Below, one piece after another: positions 1 through 10,756 of a DNA stretch of 64,000 nucleotides (position 1 is its first letter; the number at the start of each line of letters is the position of its first letter). Below the pieces are notes generated by a model. It was not told the DNA's origin and did not search any database. It was given only the letters and a program-made list of their open reading frames with translations. Source of the stretch: Lytechinus pictus (taxonomy: Eukaryota); contig NC_087247.1 in NCBI RefSeq assembly GCF_037042905.1, positions 6,634,001 to 6,698,000 of the forward strand. Reading direction: 5' to 3'. Made by a program: the position numbers and the translations under genes.

Positions 1-1120
1 TGGGCAACTGGAAATCCTAACTGGAACCAGTTGGGTAACTGGAAATGACTTCCAATTGGAAATGATTTCTAACTGGAACCAGTTGAGTAACTGGAAATCC
101 CAACTGGAACCAGTTGGGCAACTGGAAATCCTAACTGGAACCAGTTGGGTAACTGGAAATGACTTCCACTTGGAAATGATTTCTAACTGGAACCAGTTGA
201 GTAACTGGAAATCCCAACTGGAACCAGTTGGGCAACTGGAAATCCTAACTGGAACCAGTTGGGTAACTGGAAATGATTTCCAATTGGTTTCCAATTGGAA
301 ATTTTCCAGTTACCCAACTGGATCCAATTGAAACCAGTTAATTTGCATATTATCTGCCAGTGTGCACAGATTAATGTTTTATGAGATTCATCATCATTAA
401 CAATGTATCTATTTTTCTCTTTTCAATTACAAGTACCACACTTTTTAAAGATAAGTATTTAGAATACTTTGCAGAGAAAACCATGTCCATAAATGTTATA
501 GATTATGATTAAAACAGATTAAAGGATAATTAGTACACCACTAACTGTTACCAAATTACATCAAATGAAAATACATATATTTGAAGATCTTCCATATAAA
601 TATATGTACATATGAAAGTCTGTATTTTATCAATGCCCTTTACATTGGTATTAATAGACATATAACACTGCTTCTGTGTTGGCATGAGCAATAGTTAGTG
701 CAAATGCTAATTAATTTGTAACTAATTAAGTTCATTCCAACTGGAAGTTCCAATTGGATCCAGTTGGAAACCAATTGGTTTCAACTGGTTCCAGTTGAAA
801 CCAGTTGCCTCCAATTGGTTTCAACTGGAACCAATTGAAACCAGTTGCCTCCAATTGGATTCAACTGGTTTTAATAGGGAAATTGGAACAACTGGAACCA
901 ATTGACACAAATTGCCAACTGGTTCCAGTTGCTCAATTGGTTTTAACTGGAACCAATTGGCAACTGGTTTTCAATTGGAACCAATTGGTTTTAACTGGAA
1001 CCAATTGGCAACTGGTTTTCAATTGGAACCAGTTGTTCCAATTTCCCTATTGAAACCAGTTGGCCAACTGGTTTCAATTGGTTTTACCCTAATTGGTTTT
1101 AACTGGATTTTGGTCCTGGG
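1..1120. mobile_element. Repeat-rich non-autonomous DNA transposon (EnSpm/CMC-like), right part, inserted in the BEL/Pao gag
   Basis: 114-bp tandem units (TGGGCA at 1, 115, 229) built from AACTGGAACCAGTT-type subrepeats; AT-rich core; second subrepeat array ~740-1110; terminus ...GGTCCTGGG at 1120 (CCCAG on the other strand), after which the retrotransposon frame resumes. Left end is outside the window, so the TSD cannot be checked. Confidence 0.6.
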
Positions 1121-4100
1121 AAGGTAGCATGCTACCCTGTTACCTCCCTCCATGGCAAAATCGATGGACCATCTAACAAGACGAAGTCTACATCAGATGT
1201 CAGAACCCTCTCAACCAATGTGACGTATCCAAACTCAGGCAGCAGGGAAAGGGAGAAGAGAGTTAAACCACAATCATGTTCATGCTGCAAGAAAGACCAC
1301 TCCCTACAAGAATGTACTGAGTTTGCGTCAAAGAACATGGCAGATCGTAAAAGCCACATAAGAGAGAAAGGTCTATGTTACGGCTGCCTAAAGTATGGTC
1401 ACATGTCTAAGGCTTGTAGGCGACGAAGTACCTGTGACATCTGCAAAGGACGACATCCATCTCTACTACATGAAAACAGAAATAGACCAGAACCAAAGAA
1501 GGAACTAGAGGTAGATCCAAGACCCAATGAAACTCAGTCGTCATGGTCTCATGCTTCATTTAGCCAACACTCTGACGCTGGATTGACCATTACGAAGAGT
1601 ACAATGATAGTTCCTGTCTGGCTTTCTCACTCAACCACATCGGATGAGCGAATGATCTATGCATTACTTGACACTCAATCCGACACCACGTTCCTGCTAG
1701 AGAAAACCAAGAATGAGATGAATTTGCATGGAACTCCTGTAAGTCTCCTTCTTTCAACGATGTCAGCTATGGATGAAAGAGTACCAAGTGAACGCATTGA
1801 GGGTCTTTCTATCAGGTCATTTGATGGAGAACAGAGGATAGCTTTACCATCAACCTATACCAGACAGTTCATACCAGCAAATCATGATCACATACCCACT
1901 CCAGAGATGGCGACCAGTATCCCTCACCTTTCCAAGATTTCACATAACCTATTGCCCTTACAAGATTGTGAAATTGGTTTGTTAATTGGGTACGACTGTG
2001 CTAGAGCCCTCATACCAAGAGATGTCATTCCTCCTGATCATGATAGGCCTAATGGTCCATATGGCCTAAAGACAGACTTAGGATGGAGCATTGTGGGTAC
2101 TGTGAAAGAAATTGAACACAACTTTGAGGATGATCCAGTTGGTGTAAGTCATCGATTGACAGCCTGTGAGATTCCTGCTGAGCTAAAAACAGGAAACAAG
2201 GATGTGTTGTTTGCTCATAACACATCAGTCAAGGAAGAGATCACCCCTGCAAGAGTGACAAGATTGATGGAAGCTGATTTCCTTGATACCAAGGCTGAAG
2301 GAGTGGCATACTCACAAAATGACGTCAAGTTTATGAACATTATGAGAGATGAGCTTCACAAATTAGACGATGGGCATTATGAAATGCCTTTGCCATTCAA
2401 GGATGAGAAGCCAAAGTTGCCGAATAACAGAGTTCTTGCGAAGGGACGACTTGATCATCTTGGAAGAAAGTTCAAGCAAAATGATGAGTATCGCAAGAAG
2501 TACACCAAGGTAATGGAAACTCTTCTGGAGAAGGGTTATGCGGAACCAGCACCAGATCATAACACAGATGGTAAAGTGTGGTATATCCCACACCATGGGG
2601 TAGTTCAACCAAATAAACTGAGAGTTGTATTCGACTGCAGTGCGAAATGCAAAGGAGAGTCGTTAAATTCGCACCTACTCACAGGACCAGACTTGACGAA
2701 TAAATTAGTCGGAGTACTCTGTCGCTTCAGACTGGATCACATCGCATTCATGTGTGACATTCAAGAAATGTTCCACCAGTTCAGAGTCAACTTGGAAGAC
2801 AGAGATTATCTCAGATTCCTCTGGTGGAAGGATGGTAATTACGACGAAGTACCAAATGAATTCAGGATGAAAGTACATCTATTTGGAGCAGCCTCCTCAC
2901 CGGGATGTGCCAACTTTGGTCTCCGACAAACTGCTTCAGACCATGCTGCTGAGTTCGGTGAAGATGTAAGAGACTTCATTCATCAAGAATTTTACGTGGA
3001 CGATGGTTTGAAGTCCTTGCCTACAGTACACCAAGCTGTAGATCTGATATCCAGAACCAAGAAACTATGTGAGAAGGGAGGTCTCCATCTCCATAAGCTT
3101 GTATCTAATTCAAGAGAGGTACTGCAAACGGTTCCAGAAGAAGATAGAGCAAAGACCGTCAGAGAGATTAATCTGCTTCATGACGACCTACCACTAGAGC
3201 GAGCTCTTGGAGTCCAGTGGTGTGTTGAATCTGACTCGTTTAACTTCAGAATCACACTTCAGGACAAGCCACTAACCAGACGAGGGATACTTTCTACAGT
3301 TATGTCTATTTACGATCCCTTAGGATTGTTAGCACCAATAGTGCTTACAGGAAAGAAGATTCTCCAGGCACTCTGCAAGCTGTCCACAGACTGGGACGAT
3401 CCTCTTCCAGACGATCTTCGAGTAAAGTGGGAAAATTGGAGAAAGGACATACTACAACTTGAATCCATCTCAATCCCTAGGTGCTACAAACCTACTAACT
3501 TCAAGTCAATAAAGTCAATACAATTTCACTACTTTACTGATGCAAGTACCTCGGGATATGGTCAATGTACTTACATGAGACTAACTGATGTAAACGATAA
3601 AGTACATTGTACATTAGTAATTGGAAAAAGCAGGGTGGCACCCTCGAAGTCTGTAACAGTACCTCGCCTGGAATTGACTGCTGCTGTTGTCGCCGCTAAG
3701 GTTAAGAAATTTCTGGAAGCAGAGCTTAAATTTGATGATGCAGAACATGTGTTCTGGACTGACAGCAGAGTCGTGCTTGGCTACATAAATAACACTGACA
3801 AACGCTTTCACGTATTTGTAGCCAACAGGATTCAACAGATCCGGGACTTTTCCAGACCTTCAGAGTGGAAGTACATTGAGTCAAAAAATAACCCTGCTGA
3901 TGAAGCATCCAGAGGTCTAACAGTTAATCAGCTAAATGACTCAAAATGGCTACATGGACCAAAAATGCTATGGGAACAGTCAATTCCCACATATGAAGTT
4001 AAAGAGACATTCGATGTTCTTCCCAATGACCCAGAGGTGAAAAGGTCTCAAGTACATGTCTCTCAATCCAGAGAAGATGGGTTCGACTTGCACAGACTTC

Positions 4101-5689
4101 AACGTTTCTCTAGTTGGCTTGTAGCAAGGAAGGCTGTTGCATATTGCCTGATATTCATCTCACGTTTGAAACAACGCTGCAGAGAGAGACATGCCAAGAA
4201 AGCAAAGGACGATCCATTAACCAAGGCTAATGTTGCAGTGCTGGATCTCCATCAAGCAGAGATTGAAATTCTGAAGCATGTTCAAAGAGAAGCATTTGGA
4301 GATGAAATCCAGATTCTGAAATCTATCCAAAATGATCAGGGTCTTACTGAAAGAAAGAGGAAGCGTCAGATAAAGAAAGCTAGCCGTCTCCATGGTCTAG
4401 ATGCCTTCCTAGATAAATATGATATCCTGAGGGTAGGAGGACGGATTCGAAGAGGTGATGATTCGTACATAAGGAAGCATCCCGCAATCCTTCCTCAAAG
4501 CCACCATATCACAGAAATAATTCTTCGTCATTGCCATGCATTGACAGCACATCAGGGTAGAGGCATGACGCTAAATCAAATCAGAGAGAATGGATTCTGG
4601 GTTCTTGGAGGCAGTAATCGAGTATCAAAACTCATACGGAAATGTGTCATATGCCAGAAACTACGAAGTCCAACTCAAATCCAAAAAATGTCAGATCTTC
4701 CTTCCGACAGAGTAACAGAGGCTCCACCATTCACATATTGTGGGATGGACTGTTTTGGACCTTGGATGATTAAGGAAGGTAGAAAGGATTTGAAGAGATA
4801 CGGTCTTATCTTCACATGTATGGCCTCTCGGGCGGTACACATCGAGACACTCAACAGCTTGACTACTGACTCATTCATTCAAGCATTTCGTCATTTCACA
4901 GCTCTCCGAGGACCAGTTCAACAACTAAGATGTGATAGAGGGACAAACTTCGTCGGAGCGGAGGCAGAACTAAAAAGGGCCTGGCATGAAATGGATCATC
5001 AGAAGGTAAAGGACTGCCTTCTCAGTGACGGATGTGATTATGTTCACTTTATCTTCAACGTTCCCTCTGCCAGCCACATGGGAGGAGTATGGGAGCGGCA
5101 GATACGCTCTATTCGCAGTGTTCTAGATACTCTCCTGTACCAATCTGGAAGGCAGCTGGATGATGAATCACTACGAACCTTGATGTGTGAGGCTTCAGCT
5201 ATCATCAACAGCAGACCATTGACAGTAACTCATCTCAATGATCCAACGTATCCAGCACCTCTGACGCCAAACCACCTCATAACAATGAAGTCTAAAGTGT
5301 TCCTTCCTCCCCCAGGAAACTTCCAGAATGCAGATATCTACTCGAGAAAGCGATGGAGGAGAGTACAACACCTCATTAATGAATTCTGGAGTAGATGGAG
5401 AAAGGAGTTCCTTCAGAACCTTCAGGTCCGCCAGAAGTGGACACGCCCACAACGCGAAACTTGTGTTGGAGACATTGTCATTCTGAAGGACAACAATACT
5501 CCAAGAAATCAGTGGCCCCTAGCGCGTGTTGCCAAACTCCTGCCATCTGAAGATGGACACATTCGCAAAGTGAAACTTACCTTGGGAGACCCCGGAATAG
5601 GTAATAGTGGTAAGCGTAAAGGTCCTCTTCAAGAATTAGAGCGTCCTATTCATAAACTGGTGTTACTGTTACCGCAAGAAGACCAATAG
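1121..5689 (+). CDS. BEL/Pao LTR retrotransposon gag-pol polyprotein (5' part cut off by insertion)
   Basis: ORF 1220..5689 extends in frame to 1121 (KVACYPVTSL). Cys/His knuckles CSCCKKDHSLQEC, CYGCLKYGHMSKAC, CDICKGRHPSLLH; protease ALLDTQS; RT (YIPHHGV, LRVVFDCSA, HLFGAASSP, FYVDD); RNase H (FTDAS, PRLEL, WTDS, NPAD); integrase (H..H..C..C, DCFGP, CDRGTNF, GGVWER). PR-RT-RH-IN order. Confidence 0.96.
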   Translation, partial: KVACYPVTSLHGKIDGPSNKTKSTSDVRTLSTNVTYPNSGSREREKRVKPQSCSCCKKDHSLQECTEFASKNMADRKSHIREKGLCYGCLKYGHMSKACRRRSTCDICKGRHPSLLHENRNRPEPKKELEVDPRPNETQSSWSHASFSQHSDAGLTITKSTMIVPVWLSHSTTSDERMIYALLDTQSDTTFLLEKTKNEMNLHGTPVSLLLSTMSAMDERVPSERIEGLSIRSFDGEQRIALPSTYTRQFIPANHDHIPTPEMATSIPHLSKISHNLLPLQDCEIGLLIGYDCARALIPRDVIPPDHDRPNGPYGLKTDLGWSIVGTVKEIEHNFEDDPVGVSHRLTACEIPAELKTGNKDVLFAHNTSVKEEITPARVTRLMEADFLDTKAEGVAYSQNDVKFMNIMRDELHKLDDGHYEMPLPFKDEKPKLPNNRVLAKGRLDHLGRKFKQNDEYRKKYTKVMETLLEKGYAEPAPDHNTDGKVWYIPHHGVVQPNKLRVVFDCSAKCKGESLNSHLLTGPDLTNKLVGVLCRFRLDHIAFMCDIQEMFHQFRVNLEDRDYLRFLWWKDGNYDEVPNEFRMKVHLFGAASSPGCANFGLRQTASDHAAEFGEDVRDFIHQEFYVDDGLKSLPTVHQAVDLISRTKKLCEKGGLHLHKLVSNSREVLQTVPEEDRAKTVREINLLHDDLPLERALGVQWCVESDSFNFRITLQDKPLTRRGILSTVMSIYDPLGLLAPIVLTGKKILQALCKLSTDWDDPLPDDLRVKWENWRKDILQLESISIPRCYKPTNFKSIKSIQFHYFTDASTSGYGQCTYMRLTDVNDKVHCTLVIGKSRVAPSKSVTVPRLELTAAVVAAKVKKFLEAELKFDDAEHVFWTDSRVVLGYINNTDKRFHVFVANRIQQIRDFSRPSEWKYIESKNNPADEASRGLTVNQLNDSKWLHGPKMLWEQSIPTYEVKETFDVLPNDPEVKRSQVHVSQSREDGFDLHRLQRFSSWLVARKAVAYCLIFISRLKQRCRERHAKKAKDDPLTKANVAVLDLHQAEIEILKHVQREAFGDEIQILKSIQNDQGLTERKRKRQIKKASRLHGLDAFLDKYDILRVGGRIRRGDDSYIRKHPAILPQSHHITEIILRHCHALTAHQGRGMTLNQIRENGFWVLGGSNRVSKLIRKCVICQKLRSPTQIQKMSDLPSDRVTEAPPFTYCGMDCFGPWMIKEGRKDLKRYGLIFTCMASRAVHIETLNSLTTDSFIQAFRHFTALRGPVQQLRCDRGTNFVGAEAELKRAWHEMDHQKVKDCLLSDGCDYVHFIFNVPSASHMGGVWERQIRSIRSVLDTLLYQSGRQLDDESLRTLMCEASAIINSRPLTVTHLNDPTYPAPLTPNHLITMKSKVFLPPPGNFQNADIYSRKRWRRVQHLINEFWSRWRKEFLQNLQVRQKWTRPQRETCVGDIVILKDNNTPRNQWPLARVAKLLPSEDGHIRKVKLTLGDPGIGNSGKRKGPLQELERPIHKLVLLLPQEDQ

Positions 5690-7190
5690 GAATTCCCGGC
5701 CAAGGAACCTGACATCTAACATTTACGTAGGGAATCCATTTAATTAGGATTAAAATGTTGAGAAGGCCTAGAAAGTATGAGCCTTATTAAAGCTAGATTT
5801 ATTGAAAAAAGTATGTGAGTGAGACTAATTGATATGAATATTTCCAGAAGCATTAATTTTCAATAATATATCAGCATGTTCCATTGATTAAGTCTGAGAA
5901 GGAGGCCACAACATTCATCAGGAGCAAAATAATAATTTTGAAGTCTAGAGTCAAGACTATTCATATCTTCAAGGTCTGCATGAAAGACTATACAAACTCA
6001 TTTATTACAGACCTTATTAGTGCCTGAACTGAGACTGATTGAACTTATATATTGCATTTGTCTATGTAATAACCATTTATCTCTTTACAGGTCATTTCTG
6101 ATGTTTCAACTATTTCAGAATTAACAAGTCAATGCTCTGGAATTCACACGTTAATGTAATACAGCAGCCAAAATTTTCCAAATTGGGAATGTGTTTATTT
6201 GATTTGTTTAAAAAAAAAAAAGGAATGTAAAAGGCAAATCACATTCATTTTTATAGCTAAATTCCCAAAGCGGTTGAATTCCAGAAATTATGGACTGAAA
6301 TGTGTACTATAGTGTCAATGGGCATATGTGTGATTCACTATGAAACCTTTGTTTACATATGAATATTAATTAAGAGCATTGTTTTTTGTGTTTTTTTTTT
6401 ACATACAATTTACAAAGATTTATGCTTATCAGTATGAAATTGTTAATTGAGATAAGCAAGAGGATAGTGAATTTATTCGCACTTGAATTAAGACACAAAC
6501 TCATGTGATGTCAACATATATTGTTTATTCAAAGTAGATAGGATATTACACAAACATTAATTGGATTGTGCTAGTTGCATTTGGTTTAATTGTTGGTGAA
6601 AGACCTCAACAAATTCACCTTTTGGAGCTAAGTTTGAATTTGGTTGCAAACCTATATGATCATTTAAAAGGCAGTCAATGTCAGTAAATTTTAATAGGAA
6701 ACAAAAATTTTCATAAGATTGTGCTGCATATCATTGAGAGTAAGCAACTTGGGATTGATTACCTGGTTATATACAGTGTTGATTTGATAACATGTTTAAT
6801 TAATCTTAAGACTGTTCGACATGCATAGTATGTAAATTAGTTTCATATTGTTGTTGATAATGCACGAGCAATTTTTTGGAGGGGTTATTGAAATAGAAAA
6901 AAAAAGTATATTTAGGTTATCGACGATCTGTGATAGTTCGATCAATCATTATTTGGTAAATTATATTAATAATTTAAAGGAGCCATGTTTCAGTGATTGA
7001 TCTTTTTTAACGATTATTTGGATTGGTTGAAGTTAAATAGCGCCATCTTCAGGCTACTAATTTTGCTATCAGGAAATGGCACCATTTTCGAATTCCAGTC
7101 GACTTAGTTGACGAAATCTGTCTATTTTGGAGACATCGACGTGTATTATGAAAATACACACATAAGAAGGCAGAAAGGAGTTTTTACTGT
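1121..7190 (+). mobile_element. BEL/Pao LTR retrotransposon (internal region plus truncated 3' LTR)
   Basis: Pol ORF, then ~1.3 kb AT-rich non-coding tail, purine-rich AAAGGAGCCA, and TGT at 6986 as probable 3' LTR start. The LTR appears cut near 7190 by a palindrome/MITE junction. LTR limits are inferred because the 5' LTR is not in the window. Confidence 0.75.
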
Positions 7191-7249
7191 AGCTGAAGCA
7201 TCTCTAAAAAGGACAATTGTCCTTTTTAGAGATGCTTCAGCTACAAACT

Positions 7250-7816
7250 TGATAAAAAGATAAAAATTCAACAAGCATAACACTGAAAATTTCATCAAAA
7301 TCGGATGTAAAATAAGAAAGTTATGACATTTTAAAGTTTCTCTTTATTTCACAAAAGAGTTATATGCACATCCCGGTCGGTATGCAAATGAGGGAACTGA
7401 TGACATCACTCACTCACTATTTCTTTTGTATTTTATTATATGAATTATTAAATATTTTGATTTTCTCGTCATTGTCATGTGAAATGAAATCCTACCTGAT
7501 TCCGTGGAATTCCATTATTTTATTGTTGTGGTTCAGGCAAGGACTAGGTCCTAATCGTCAAATTCATAAAGAATTAAAATATTGTATAATTCAAACAATA
7601 AAAAACAAAAGAAATTGTGAGTGAGTGAAATCATCGACTCTCTAATTTGGATGTAACTGGCTCGTTCATATAACTATTTTGTTAAAAATAAACGAAACTT
7701 TAAAATGTCAGAACTTTTTTATTTTACATCCAATTTTGATGAAATTTTTAGCATTGTGCTTGTCTGATTTTTCTCTATTGATTCAAATCAACATTTTGTT
7801 GGGGTGGACTTGACCT
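7250..7816. mobile_element. TTAA-target MITE (Kolobok-like family A), left end missing
   Basis: Ends GGGGTGGACTTGACCT|TTAA; internal inverted arms TTCATCAAAATCGGATGTAAAATAAGAAAGTTATGAC shared with copies at 15364, 24872 and 43885. Confidence 0.8.
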
Positions 7817-8689
7817 TTAAACAGACAATGCGACCCATGCGAGCACCAGAACGATGACACATATGATATAGCTATATAGCCATAGGCCCATGCTGACCAA
7901 ATTATATTTCATTAAGTTATGAAAAAAATATTTCTTTAATATAATAAACATAAGATATGCAGTAGGCGTATATAATATATTCCCGAATATATTATATCAT
8001 AATGTACAATAATTTCTTCTTTCCCACTACGTTTCTCTTCCTTTCTCCCTCTTTCTCCTCCCCGGCCCATTTTTATTGCCAGACGATGGGAGGGGGGGCC
8101 GGGCCGGGGCACATGCCCACGTATATAGAGGGAGGGGAGAAGAACTTGATCGAGGAGAGGGAATTAAGAGGACTCGAGATGATCGAGGAATAGGAGAAGC
8201 TTAAAGATTATAAAATAAGTTTATGATGAAAATTCTATTCTCATATTATGATAGGATTATTTTCCAGTCGTATAAGCTCATGATACGAATCCCGTTTTGA
8301 TCATAATCATTCTCAGTTGGAGCTGGGGGAAGGGGGTGGGTCGGAGGTGGTGAATATTCTGGTCTAAGGTAAAAAAACATCAAACACTTAATAATCATAG
8401 CAAGGATCAATTGTATCAATTTTCTTACAAAGTATAAAACTTATTATTTAATAAGTTTTCTCATAAACAAATACAACTGATAAACATCACAAAAACACAG
8501 AAAGATTTTTTTTTATTGACACAGCCATTATAGCCCTTGCCCTGATGTTTTACTCAATCAGATTTGTCGTCGATTTTTTTCTTCAAAATGTTACAGTAAA
8601 ATGTAAAATAGGATTAGCTTTATTTGTTTTTTCTTTTTGTTTTGATCATTTTGCAGACTTTTAAATGTCAAGGATTCCTTGGTAACAAA

Positions 8690-8833
8690 AGCCACCATAG
8701 CAACTTCTCAGACAGTCGCAACCTTCACGGCAGCTGTTGAAGACCACCTTCTCCGGTAATGCTAATCTCCATAAGACATCTTTCACCTGGTGCGCTATAC
8801 CAAAATGGTCCTGCACTGTACACATCCAGATCC
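8690..8833 (+). mobile_element. Extreme 3' remnant of a LINE
   Basis: Translates ..IATSQTVATFTAAVEDHLLR*, resembling LINE ORF2 C-termini; short UTR ending CATCCAGATCC, a tail also seen at the 57480 LINE and the 50200 SINE end. Confidence 0.45.
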
Positions 8834-10410
8834 TTTTGCATTTAACCAATCTTGAGTGTGTTAAATTTCAATTTAAACATCAACAATATGTGATCTGAAT
8901 ATGATTTAAGGCAAATATCTTATAAGTTTCCATCGCGAATTCGATATCATCATTTGGGTGCTTATGCAGTATCAACTGTTTGTCCATCATTACTTTTTTA
9001 GCATATATGTTCTGAGTATGTAAGGCAAATATAATTTTTACAAAGTGACAACTCACTATTTGTGCTTGTATTCTATGTAAGTGCAAATTCATGCAATCAA
9101 ATTGCATAATGATGATACTAACTTCAAACATACCCATTATAAGAATAAGGTAACAAAAGTATATTTGCCCTTTTAACCGCTATATTTATATATAAATTTT
9201 TCAACTTGCTATACTGTACAATAACCAGGTCATAAGATAGGTAAGTCATACAACAGAAGCCTGTAATGTTTCAATTATGCATTAGATATGAAGCAATTGA
9301 AGCGATCAATATTGTACATGGTCAAACATAGAAAAAAGCCTCTCTTGAAGAAAATAAAATGTGTTGACTCAGTTTCATTGAATACTTAAATATTATCATA
9401 ATATCGTCATTTTTTTTTTACTACACAACACTCAAACAATAGAGAATCAGGAGTACATTTAATTCTCGTAAGAAAATAGCACTTATATCTAAAAATCATT
9501 CATCACATATTATCATGGCATGAGAAGTATGTGTTGAAGATTAGTTGACCTGCTTGTCAATCAATAATACATGTCATTGTACACGCATCAGTTTTTATTC
9601 ATGATATAATGTATTTGTGCATGGTCAGCACTCTTGCATTTTTTATATTGACTGGGTTTCTTCCAAGAGTACATCAGGAAATATTGGTCATGATTAGACT
9701 GTCATTGCACTCACCTACATTATGACTCGTACAATATGATCTTACGTTGGCCAATATATCTAAAAAGTACCTTTAAGAGCCAAGTCAATACATGTATTAC
9801 AACATATTGCACTCCTCACATTTGCAAGCTAAAGTACTGTATCTGACCTACCACTTGAGGGGCAGTCAACAATATGCAAATATTCATGACAGTTTAGGGG
9901 AATTTTCCAGCATTTTACCCTGAGCAACCTACATTGGAATTTGCATCTCAGTTCCTTTCAAAAGGTTTGAGAAGACAACGGGCAGACTCATTGCTAGGCT
10001 TAAGTTCATTTACATGCAAAGAAGGAACAATTTCCCTACAAATTGAAAAATTAAGGATTGCATTTGTTCCAAGACCTCTTTCAAAATATTAATCAAGTCT
10101 TTAATACACAGGAAAAAAAACTCTGATACTATTCATTCCATTATCATCGTATATGAGCCCTACTACATGAAGAGAGGCAATTAATGTTACAATCAAAAGA
10201 AAGAGCCACTAACCTTTGATATAAATTGTAACATTGATTGTATCCTTCACCAATTCAGCTTGGGTGCTATTTCTTAGACCTATCAAAATAAAGTTTGTAC
10301 ACTGAAATTGCAACAAACCTGGCTCACTGCATAACTCAATGAAATTGCTTTAGTTCTTGTTTGGAAGCCCCCAGTTATGACTGTTATAAGTGACAGTGCG
10401 CGAAGGTCTG

Positions 10411-10676
10411 GGGCCAGTCTTACAAAGAGTTGCGATTGATCCGATCAATTGCATGGAAAGCCAGCAAAGTCAACATAGAAAATGCATGTTTGTTCAAAAA
10501 CCTTTCTCATGTGAATTTATTACCATAAATTCATTGATCTCTTGACAATTTGGTGTGTTCTCCTTTCTTTACAAAGGATATTTGCAAATTTCCTGTATAA
10601 AAAAATTATGACATTGATGGATTTCCACAGAGTTACATTTGAGTGGACCAATCGTAACTCTTTGTAAGACAGGGCC
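10411..10676. mobile_element. Harbinger-like MITE family B
   Basis: TIR GGGCC.GTCTTACAAAGAGTT / AACTCTTTGTAAGAC.GGGCC with CWG flanks; lies just downstream of the PNGase stop codon. Confidence 0.8.
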
Positions 10677-10756
10677 CAGATTCATCTACATGAATAAGGC
10701 GATGGATTTAGACACTCCCCTCAGAATGGAATTGATTATATTATATAGTCCAGTTT

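Noticed and set aside
56-1127. Repetitive ORFs (56..331, 805..1053, 912..1127); CRISPR-like appearance
   Set aside because: Translations of transposon tandem repeats; no unique spacers, no cas genes, eukaryotic context.
5690-6985. Possible env gene after pol
   Set aside because: AT-rich with no ORF of 60 aa or more in the track.
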